A stretch of 61,860 nt of DNA, taken from positions 1 to 61,860 of the forward strand of contig CAVUVW010000018.1 of NCBI GenBank assembly GCA_963745035.1. The letters run 5' to 3'. Position 1 is the stretch's first letter. Each line of letters opens with the position of its first letter. This document shows, piece after piece, positions 1 through 8,464 of this stretch. Source of the DNA: an uncultured delta proteobacterium (GTDB lineage: Bacteria > Desulfobacterota > Binatia > UBA9968). Made by a program: the position numbers and the translations under genes. Below the pieces are notes generated by a model, which saw only the letters and a list, made by a program, of their open reading frames with translations, ran no database searches and was not told the DNA's origin.

Positions 1-2
1 TT

Positions 3-170
3 GCGCCCAAACCTCGCAATACGCATCCGCTAGAAACGGCGCTGGACCTCGACATCAAGGACATGCAAGCGACGGTTCCGGAGCTGCGCGGGCGGCGCGC
101 CGCGGATTTCATCGACACCACGGCGCTAAAGGAAGTGGAAAAAGAGGGCTTCTTTGCCTGGGCGAAATAA
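3..170 (+). CDS. 3' end of NMT1/SsuA-like ABC substrate-binding protein (partial, runs off window)
   Basis: Manual translation gives ...ELRGRRAADFIDTTALKEVEKEGFFAWAK*, the same tail type as the other NMT1-like SBPs here (D..FI.ELE..GF). Confidence 0.65.
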   Translation, partial: APKPRNTHPLETALDLDIKDMQATVPELRGRRAADFIDTTALKEVEKEGFFAWAK

Positions 171-267
171 CCAGCAAAGTCGCGCGTCACAAGTCTAGGA
201 CGAAGCATGCCGGTTAGAGTGCTTTCGAAATACGGGTTTTGCAGCGGAGGAAGGAGCGCGCGATCGA

Positions 268-1332
268 ATGAAACTTAGAGTTGGCAACGGCTGCTGGCAT
301 GCGGGACATGTGCAAGCGGCGATGAATGCCTTGGAGGCGGGATTTTTCGCACAGGAGGGTCTGGACGTGGAAATCGTTCACGCCAAGATCAATCCGAAAG
401 GCATCGAATCAAGCCGTCCGGACGGCGAGCGTTACGATGAGGTCGGGACGGTGGTGCGCGACATGATCGCCTTCAACATCGATATCATTCCCGATGTGCA
501 CGTGCGCACGCCTTTCGCCGAGCGCGCGTTGGGCAACGATGAAGTGCGCATCATCGGCGGCTGGCGCAACTGGTTTCCAGCTACCTTGGTGACCGCCCCG
601 GGAATCAAGACGATTCGCGACTTGAAGGGGAAGCGGATCGGCGACTGGTACAAGGGCGGCATCGCGACCATGTGGATCGAGCACCAGTTGCGCCAAGCCG
701 GACTCGACCCGGAGAAAGATGTGGAATGGAAAGTCGGCTACCGGTACGGCTCCATGCGCGAGGCTTGGAAGCCGCTGCACGCCGGCGAAACCGACGCGGC
801 GCTGGTGCGCAATCAATTCGTTCCAGAGCTTTTGGAAAAGGGCTTCAACAAGCTCTACGACTTTGTCGAAGACAGTAAGCCGCACGGCCGCCCGGATCGC
901 GTGACGGTGGCGCGCAAATCTTTTATCGAGCGCAACCCCGAATTGCTCAAGCGATATTGGAAGGCGACGATCCGCGGCTATCACTTCATGCGCATCGTGC
1001 CGGAAAATTTTCCCTTCCAGCGCATGGTTGAAAGCAAGATCCGCGTCAACAATCCCGATCCATCCGAAAACATGCGCGACCTGCGGCCGATGCGCATCAT
1101 GGAAAGCGCCTTTTTCCCGCTCGACGGCCAGCTCACGGCCGAGGGCGTCTGGCGCATTTTGCAAGAGCACCAGGACGCGGGCGTGCTGTCGAAATCGATC
1201 ACGCGCGGCGATGTCGAAGACGTCGTGCGGCAGGAGTTGGTCAAAGAGGCCTGGGAAGAAATTTCTCAAACCGAGGAAGTGAAACGGAACTTGGAGCGGT
1301 TGCAACCGGTGGTGGAAAAATACGGGTACTAG
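268..1332 (+). CDS. NMT1/THI5/SsuA-like PBP-fold protein with no signal peptide
   Basis: GFFAQEGLDVEIV, IKTIRDLKGKRIG and FIERNPELLKRYWKA motifs. RBS GGAGGAAGGAG upstream. N-terminus MKLRVGNGCWHAGH has no hydrophobic segment. Confidence 0.8.
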   Translation: MKLRVGNGCWHAGHVQAAMNALEAGFFAQEGLDVEIVHAKINPKGIESSRPDGERYDEVGTVVRDMIAFNIDIIPDVHVRTPFAERALGNDEVRIIGGWRNWFPATLVTAPGIKTIRDLKGKRIGDWYKGGIATMWIEHQLRQAGLDPEKDVEWKVGYRYGSMREAWKPLHAGETDAALVRNQFVPELLEKGFNKLYDFVEDSKPHGRPDRVTVARKSFIERNPELLKRYWKATIRGYHFMRIVPENFPFQRMVESKIRVNNPDPSENMRDLRPMRIMESAFFPLDGQLTAEGVWRILQEHQDAGVLSKSITRGDVEDVVRQELVKEAWEEISQTEEVKRNLERLQPVVEKYGY

Positions 1333-1344
1333 CGGCGCCAACCC

Positions 1345-3346
1345 ATGTCTAACGAGTCTACGCCCGCTGAGCTCGACAAAGCCGGCGAGATCCTACGGCT
1401 CTACGCCAAGGCGCTGAGCGGGCGTGAAATACATTTGGTTCCGCGCGGCGCATCCAGCCTGCGCGGCGCCGGCTGGATGACGCCAGTAAGGACGGCAAAG
1501 CGCTGACGATCAGCTTGCCGGCGAAGATCGATCGCTTTCCGACGGAAAGGGAAAATTTCGATTGGTATAAAGTTATTCTCACGCATCAAGCGGGTCATTT
1601 TGAGTTCGGCACGTTCGATTTCAGGTTTGACCGGCCGTCGAGATGTTTCGATGACTGGCGCCCGCGGCTCGCACAAAATCCCGCGGCCGAAAGCGGGGCG
1701 AGCGAGCGGCAGCGCTTCCTTCAGTTGTTTCCCGATCAACAGCTCGGCGGGTGGATATTCGATCAGGTCGAGGACGCTCGCATCGACGCGCGCATGCTTG
1801 GGGTTTATCCGGGAATTCGGCCCCTTTATCGTCGCGTAGCGCGGGACGTTCTCGCGTCGCGACCGCGATTGCATCTATTGCCGCTGCGAGAAGCGTTCCT
1901 CGAGGCGCTCGTGCGGATGAGCTTGGGCGGCGATCCGGCGCAAGACCTGCCCGAATCGCTCAAGACCGTGTCGATTCGGGATGGGTTATCTTAGAAAAAG
2001 CAAAACAACCTGGCGCCGCCGTCGAAGATTCGGCGGAAGCGGCGCTGCGTCTCTATGAGATCGCCGCCCGACTGCCGAATGCTCCAATGGACAATTGCGA
2101 TCTCGATCATCGCGATGTTCGCAGCGCCACAAAGAAGCGATGCCCCTCCCGATCGATTTGGCGGAACCCTGTGTCGATGCGGACGATTTGCCGTTCACGC
2201 CGCCGCAAGAAGTCGAGTTTCGTCTTGGACAACGACATGAAACGCGGCTCGACACGAACCACTCCGCTCAAAGCGAGCCCATGAAGCTGTTCGAACGAGA
2301 GGCGCAAGCGGATGGTTCGCTCCTGCGCTCCGAGCCGTTTAGCTACTTGTATTCGGAATGGGACTTTCGTAGCGGCAGTTATCGCAGCCGGTGGTGCCGG
2401 GTGCGCGAACGCGTGATGGTCGAGGGCACGTCGGATTTCTACACAGAAACGCTCGCCGAGCATCGGCCGTTGGTCGCCCAGGTTACCGGCCGTTTCGAGC
2501 ATTATTTACCGGAACTTTTCCGCAAGGTGACGCGGCGTCTTGACGGCGAGGATCTGCATCTCGATGGCGTGATCGAGCGGTTCATCGATCGGCGCGCCGG
2601 CGGAGCGCCGGCGAGAGAAGATCTACTGGCGGCGCGAACGCACTCAACGCGACGTCGCGGTGGCGCTGCTGCTCGACATGAGCGCGACGACCAATGAGTA
2701 CGTGCACCTCGACGCGGCGAAGGCTCACCGACCCACGAGTTCGAGCGCGCAAGCTTACAGCGACTACTTGAGAACCATCGCCGTGGGCGTTGACTCGCGC
2801 GGCAAACCGCTGCGCCGCCGCACGATCGATGTGGAAAAGCAGGCGGCGATCATTCTCTGCCAGGCCTTGGAAAAGATCGGCGATAGTTATGCGCTGTACG
2901 CATTCTCAGGCAGCGGGCGAGCCGACGTCGAATTCTCCATCGTCAAGGATTTTCAGGAGCGGTTGGGTCAGCGCATCGCACGCCGCATCGACCGCATCGA
3001 ACCGGCTCACGCCACGCGCATGGGCGCGGCGATTCGCCACGCGATGCGGAAGTTGGAAAAGGTGGAAGCCAGCAGTCGGCTTTTGTTTTTGATCAGCGAC
3101 GGGCGACCCTACGATCGCGACTACGGGCGCGACGCCGAAGATCTGGAGTACGCCGTGCAGGACACGCGTCAGGCGCTGCTCGAAGCCAAACGGCGAGGGA
3201 TCCGGCCATTTTGTCTCACCGTCGATCGTGACGGTGAAGATTACCTTAGAAAAATGTGCGATGAGATTCCGTATGAAGTGGTCGGCAAGGTCGAAGACCT
3301 GCCGATCCGGTTGATCGCCGCGTACCCCAAACTGACGGCTAGATGA
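1345..3346 (+). CDS. CbbO/NorD-like VWA-domain chaperone adaptor (about 4 frameshifts)
   Basis: Joined ORF pieces carry [42 protein letters not shown]-like [18 protein letters not shown] and LISDGRPYD. Confidence 0.8.
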
Positions 3347-3366
3347 TCGCGGCGAGAAAGCTTTTT

Positions 3367-4228
3367 CTATTCCGCAAAAATCGCTTCGACCACTTCTTGA
3401 AGACTTTTTTGGACTTCCTGATCGTCGGTGAGCGCCGCGACAAAGCCCGATTGGCACGCAACCCGCGGCGCAAGTTTTGACGCTATGAGCTGCGCCGGTA
3501 TAGACCAACAGCCGCGTGCTGATGCCTTCCTGCAGTCCGTGCTCGCGCAGGTTGCGCACTTTGCCCGCAAGGCGCACCAGTTGCCCGGCAACATCTTCGG
3601 ACACGCCGCTCTCACGTTGAACGATGTTTCTTTCGATCTCCTCGGAAGGATAGTCGAACTCGATCGCCACGAAGCGCTGCCGCGTGCTCGGTTTCAAGTC
3701 TTTGAGCACGGTTTGATAGCCGGGATTGTAAGATATCACGAGCTGAAAATTATCGTGCGCTTCGATGATTTGACCGCGCCGTTCGATGGGCAGCATACGG
3801 CGGTGATCCGATAGCGGATGGATGAGCACGATGGTGTCTTTGCGCGCTTCGACGATCTCATCGAGGTAGCAGATCGCCCCCGCTTTCACGGCGCGGCTAA
3901 GCGGCCCATCGAGCCAGCGGGTTTCGTCGCCTTCCAAGAGATAGCGGCCGACCAAATCGGTGGCGGTCAAATCTTCATGACAAGCGACGGTGATCAGCGG
4001 CAGCGGCCCCAAGCGATGGGACATGTACTCGAGAAACCGTGTCTTGCCGCAGCCCGTCGGGCCCTTCAGCAAGATCGGCAACCGTCGAGCGTGTGCCGCT
4101 TCAAAGATCTCGACTTCGTGCGCGACCGGCATGTAAAAGGGCTCGTCGCGAAACACATATTCTTCAAACGCGACGTCCCGACTCCCTGGTGTCGAACCGA
4201 GGGACTGCTTTTCCGCGCTTTTCTTCAT
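3367..4228 (-). CDS. CbbQ/NirQ/NorQ-family MoxR AAA+ ATPase (frameshift near 3495)
   Basis: [17 protein letters not shown] (Walker A), [10 protein letters not shown] (Walker B), [27 protein letters not shown]-terminus continues in the 3367..3615 frame. Confidence 0.9.
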
Positions 4229-4278
4229 GGACGTTTCACTACTATCTCGTTCGCGGGGTTGCAAACGGCCGCGATTGT

Positions 4279-4306
4279 TTGACACGCGAGTCACAGTGAC
4301 GATAAT
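4279..4306 (+). promoter_or_regulatory. Putative sigma70 promoter with internal palindrome
   Basis: TTGACA-N16-GATAAT; the spacer contains GTCAC-A-GTGAC (4290-4300); lies between divergent genes. Confidence 0.45.
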
Positions 4307-4363
4307 CTCAGCCTCGCTTTTGCGGACGTGGCGTCAAATGATTGCAGGAACTGCGAGCTAGCG

Positions 4364-5401
4364 ATGAGCGATCGGAAGCAATTGTACATTGGCACGGATT
4401 CGGGCCTGGCAATGATGCGGGAGGGCACGGACGGCTGGGTGCCTAACGGCGAGGTTCTGTCGGGAAAGTTCGTCAGGGCCATGGCGACCGTCCGCGCCGC
4501 CAATACGGTGTACGCCTGCGTGACGAAAGATGGACTCTATGCATCGAGAAACGGCGGCAAATCATGGGACCTGGCGTTTTCCGGCAACGTTCACTCTGTT
4601 GCCGTCGATCCCAACGATTCCCAAGTCGTGTATGCGGGAACGGAGCCGGTGGGTCTTTTTCGCTCCTCGGATTGCGGGCGAACTTGGACTCCATTGAGCG
4701 CGCTCAACAATCAACCGGAAACCGTTACAGAAAAGTGGTGGTTCCCGCAATTTCCTCATGAAAGTCACGTCCTGTCGGTGTTCGTCGACTGGAACGATCC
4801 GGGCGTGCTTTGCGTCGGCCTCGAACATGGTGGGATTTTGCGCTCGGCCGACCGCGGCGAGCACTGGGAAGATATCTCCGCCGGCATCGAGTATGTCGAC
4901 ATCCATACGGTGAAGGGCGATCCCCAACACGCCAACTTGTACTACGCGGCGACGGCGCGCGGATTTTATCGCAGCGATCAATATGGCCGCGCCTGGGTAT
5001 TTTCCGAGCAGGGAATCGATCGCAGCTATTTTCACGATCTTGTCGTGATTCCCGGGCAGCCGCCGACGTTGCTGCTTACGACGGCCAACGGCACGCCACC
5101 GGCTTGGATGCGCAAGGAAAGGGCGCAAGCCGCGATCTTTAGAAGCACCGATTCGGGTTCGATCTGGCATCAACTTACGGGAGGTTTGCCCGCGAGCATG
5201 GAAAGAATGGTTTGGAATCTGTCGGTCGATCCTGACGAGCCGGACCATCTTTATGCCGGTACCGGCGAGGCGCAAGGGCAACGTTCCCAGAACGTAGCGA
5301 CGAGGGGCGGGGTCTTGGCCAGCCGCGATCGCGGTGATACGTGGGAACAAATTTACGAAGGTCCCAATACCGTGCGCTCCGTTTGTATCGGGCGTTCATG
5401 A
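4364..5401 (+). CDS. BNR/Asp-box (WD40/YVTN-like) beta-propeller protein, probably cytoplasmic
   Basis: Repeated Asp-boxes SRNGGKSW, SSDCGRTW, SADRGEHW, STDSGSIW, SRDRGDTW; no signal peptide. Confidence 0.8.
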   Translation: MSDRKQLYIGTDSGLAMMREGTDGWVPNGEVLSGKFVRAMATVRAANTVYACVTKDGLYASRNGGKSWDLAFSGNVHSVAVDPNDSQVVYAGTEPVGLFRSSDCGRTWTPLSALNNQPETVTEKWWFPQFPHESHVLSVFVDWNDPGVLCVGLEHGGILRSADRGEHWEDISAGIEYVDIHTVKGDPQHANLYYAATARGFYRSDQYGRAWVFSEQGIDRSYFHDLVVIPGQPPTLLLTTANGTPPAWMRKERAQAAIFRSTDSGSIWHQLTGGLPASMERMVWNLSVDPDEPDHLYAGTGEAQGQRSQNVATRGGVLASRDRGDTWEQIYEGPNTVRSVCIGRS

Positions 5402-5486
5402 CCCGGTCGTCGGCGTTCCTATCGAAGGCGGGCGACGAGTAGGCCCGCTATTAGCCAAGTCTGTCCTATCCCATGGAGATGCCTGC

Positions 5487-6343
5487 GTGAGTTTTGGCGC
5501 AACTTCCGAGAAGTCTTGGACGCCGCCGGCGGATGACGAGCTTAGCTGGTTTCTCGCGGTTCAGAAGTGCTTTGCCTCGGCACGCCCGCTCAATTACACG
5601 TTGGAAATCGACGCACTGGTTTTCGGTTTGACGTACGCCTTGGAAAGTCTGGAGTTTCCTCTCTATGCGTTGCGCTCGCGCCTCTCTCACGGGCGGGTTT
5701 ACCTTGCTGCCCTGCCGTCGGCGATGGCGGAAAGCAATTTACCGCAGCGTTTGAAAAATATTCACGCACAGAGCGTCCGTTTCACGCGCAACATCGAACG
5801 TGCCTGGGAGCGGCAGCTCAAACCAGAGGTGGATCTCTACAATCGGCGATTCGACGCGAGTTTTAACTTTCGCCGGTCCGCGCGGAGCTCGCAGAAAAGT
5901 TACGGCCGTTAAAACGCGACCGCGGCAATCAGTGGTTTACGGTGATTCGCGGCGTGGTCGCGCCGACCGTGCTCGTGCAGCAGCACATCGATGAGTTCGG
6001 CCAGGATATCTCCAAGCTGGGCAAGGAGTTAACTCGACAGGCGCTCGAATTAGTCGCGGTGCAGGGAAAGGCTTTGATCGATTCCGCACTGGCGCAAGCG
6101 GGAGAGTGTTTGGTCAAAGCGGATGTGATCGATAGAGCCGAGGACGTGTATGAGCTGGAGTGGAAAGACGTGATTGCGTTGTTGAAAGAGCCGCAAAACC
6201 GACGCGCTCTGGTTGCCGAAAGGCGCGTCCAGGCTGCGCGCGATGCCGAGGCTCCGGCGCCGGAGAACTTGGGGCCTGCCCTAGCACCCGGGGCACCGCG
6301 GATGTACTTGATCAGAGAAATCTTGGATCTTTTGGATTCGTGA
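5487..6343 (+). CDS. Hypothetical protein resembling the helical substrate-binding region of PEP-utilising enzymes (rifampin phosphotransferase / phenylphosphate synthase type); frameshift near 5880
   Basis: GGAG RBS then GTG at 5487. C-terminal GECLVKADVIDRAEDVYELEWKDV..RRALVAERR resembles the segment preceding the phospho-His domain in that family. Confidence 0.45.
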
Positions 6344-6345
6344 CG

Positions 6346-7365
6346 ATGACGACTCAATTCTCCAGTCTGGCGCGGATTCGAAGGAAGATATGCCCCATAG
6401 TCGCGGGCCTATCGGCGCTCTTTTGCGTGCCTACCGATGCGCGCGCAGAAAAGATCCGTACGGTCGTACCGCAATCCAGCCTCAACTACCTTTCCGTCTA
6501 TGTCGCTGAGAGCAAAGGTTTCTTCCACCAAGAGGGGCTGGAAAACGAAACGCTCGTGCTTGCCGGGCCGGTTGCCGCCGCCGCGTTGCTTGGCGGCAGC
6601 GTGGATTTCGGCGGTGGCGGCGGTAGCGCCATGCGCGGCGCGGCGAACGGCGCGCCGGTCAAGGCAATTTTTTTTCAAACCGAGAAGGTGACCTTCTATC
6701 TCGTTACCGATCCCAAAATCGTCAAACCGGCCGACCTGAGGGGAAAGAAAATCGCCGTCGGCGGCATAGGATCGAGTCAAGATCGAATCATTCTCAAGTA
6801 CATCGAACAGGCGAATTTGATACCGGGCGACATAGCTCGCATCGCTATGGGCGCCGACGCGGGGCGCCGTATTCAGGCGATCAAGAGCGGTTCCATCCAT
6901 GCCACGCTGCTGGATCCGGGAACACTGAGTTACGCGGAGAAGGAAGGGCTTAACGTATTGGCTTTCATGGGCGATTTGTTTCCGTTTCCTTTTCAAGCCT
7001 TCGCTGCCACCGACAAGAAGCTCAAGGAAAACCCGGAGCAGGTGAAGCGATGGCTCCGCGCTATGGTTAGCGCTTTGATGTTTGTCCGTGATCAACCCGA
7101 GGAAGCCGCCGAAGTCGGGATCAAAAGACTTCGCATCGGCAATGTCGCAAAGGCTGCATTGGTTGAAAGCATCAAACGATATAACCGAGCGGTAGCAGTG
7201 GGCGTGCCGGGTTTGCCGTCGAGCGAAGGAATCAGGAACGTGATCGAATATGAGGTGAGACAGCCGCTAAAGATCGAGCGGGAAATTCCTCAGGAGAGCT
7301 TGATGAATCTAGTATTCATGGAGCAGGTAAAGGCGGAATTCGAATCTAGACAGAAATCGCGATAA
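6346..7365 (+). CDS. NMT1/SsuA-like ABC substrate-binding protein
   Basis: Signal-like N-terminus, KGFFHQEGLE, DLRGKKIAVG, KENPEQVKRWLRA. Confidence 0.85.
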   Translation: MTTQFSSLARIRRKICPIVAGLSALFCVPTDARAEKIRTVVPQSSLNYLSVYVAESKGFFHQEGLENETLVLAGPVAAAALLGGSVDFGGGGGSAMRGAANGAPVKAIFFQTEKVTFYLVTDPKIVKPADLRGKKIAVGGIGSSQDRIILKYIEQANLIPGDIARIAMGADAGRRIQAIKSGSIHATLLDPGTLSYAEKEGLNVLAFMGDLFPFPFQAFAATDKKLKENPEQVKRWLRAMVSALMFVRDQPEEAAEVGIKRLRIGNVAKAALVESIKRYNRAVAVGVPGLPSSEGIRNVIEYEVRQPLKIEREIPQESLMNLVFMEQVKAEFESRQKSR

Positions 7366-7383
7366 CAAGTGAGGCTCGAACTT

Positions 7384-8364
7384 ATGATGACCGATCTTTC
7401 GCCGCCGCAAATCAGAGCGACCACGGGCCTGGAGCTTGCGGCCGGTGTATTTACGAAATGCTCGGACCAGTTGGCGAGCCAGCTAGCGGTTTCGCTGACG
7501 TCGGGCAAGAGAGATGCAAAGCAGACATTGCTTCGCATCGGCATCAACGGCGACATTTACGGCGGCATGCGCGCGCCGCTGGAAGTCGGCACGCGGCGGG
7601 TGGATATCGCCTACGTCAATCCGGCATCTTTGGTGGCGATGGCCTATCGCGGCAAGGGCTACTACAAACAAAAACTCCAGCTCCGCGTGCTCGGCTGCTT
7701 TCCGTCATGGGACCGCATCGCACTGGTCGTCGACAAGAAGCTCGGCGTGAAGTCGCTTTCCGACATCGCGGCGCGAAAATTTCCGCTGCGGGTTTCGACC
7801 CGGCTCTCAGGCGTCAATAACGGAACCTATTTTACGATCTCGACGATTCTTTCGCTGTACGGACTGTCGTTTGCCAGTCTCAAACGCTGGGGCGGGAGTG
7901 TTCAGGAGTGCGGCCGGCCATTTTCACCGGAGCGGTTGAAAGCCATCGCGAAACGCTCGATTCACGCCGTCTTCGACGAAGGGATCAGCACTCCAGGCGG
8001 CTGGTTGGATCAGGCGCTCGACAACGGCTACGAAATCATCCCGATGGAGCCCGCGATCGTCAAGAAACTCGAACAGATGGGTTACACGAGAAGCGTGTTG
8101 CCAAAAAGCCGCTATCCCCAGCTCAAAGCGGACGCGCTGACCATCGATTACAGCGGCTGGTCGCTGGTGACCCATCGCTGGCTGCCCGACAAGGTCGCCT
8201 ACGCCGCGATCGAAACCATCGACGAGCGGCAGAAGGCGATTCCCGTCGACGATGATCAGCCGCTGGACATGAGAAATCTTTGTCGCGGCACGGAGAAATG
8301 CCCGCTGCAAATTCCGCTCCATCCGGGCGCGGCGAAGTATTACAAAGAGAAGGGATATCTGTGA
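7384..8364 (+). CDS. TAXI-family TRAP solute-binding-like protein with no signal peptide
   Basis: C-terminal IPLHPGAAKYYKEKG TAXI signature; GVKSLSDI; polar N-terminus. Confidence 0.8.
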   Translation: MMTDLSPPQIRATTGLELAAGVFTKCSDQLASQLAVSLTSGKRDAKQTLLRIGINGDIYGGMRAPLEVGTRRVDIAYVNPASLVAMAYRGKGYYKQKLQLRVLGCFPSWDRIALVVDKKLGVKSLSDIAARKFPLRVSTRLSGVNNGTYFTISTILSLYGLSFASLKRWGGSVQECGRPFSPERLKAIAKRSIHAVFDEGISTPGGWLDQALDNGYEIIPMEPAIVKKLEQMGYTRSVLPKSRYPQLKADALTIDYSGWSLVTHRWLPDKVAYAAIETIDERQKAIPVDDDQPLDMRNLCRGTEKCPLQIPLHPGAAKYYKEKGYL

Positions 8365-8368
8365 GAGA

Positions 8369-8452
8369 TTGGAGTACTGGAGTGATGGAGTGTTGGAGTG
8401 ATGGGTTTCCGGAAGAGCAATACTCCAGTACTCCAACACTCCATCACTCCAA
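8369..8452. repeat. Inverted array of 8-nt tandem units (TGGAGTNN)n...(NNACTCCA)n, hairpin-forming
   Basis: ttggagtactggagtgatggagtgttggagtgatgg ... tactccagtactccaacactccatcactccaa. Confidence 0.85.
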
Positions 8453-8464
8453 AGGGAGGTTTCC

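Noticed and set aside
1345-4228. Denitrification (norQD) or Calvin cycle (cbbQO) locus
   Set aside because: No norCB or Rubisco genes in the window; only family-level assignment is supported.
8369-8452. CRISPR array interpretation of the periodic GGAGT repeats (also 41850 and 48309)
   Set aside because: Units are 8 nt with no unique spacers, are arranged as inverted arms, and no cas genes are present.
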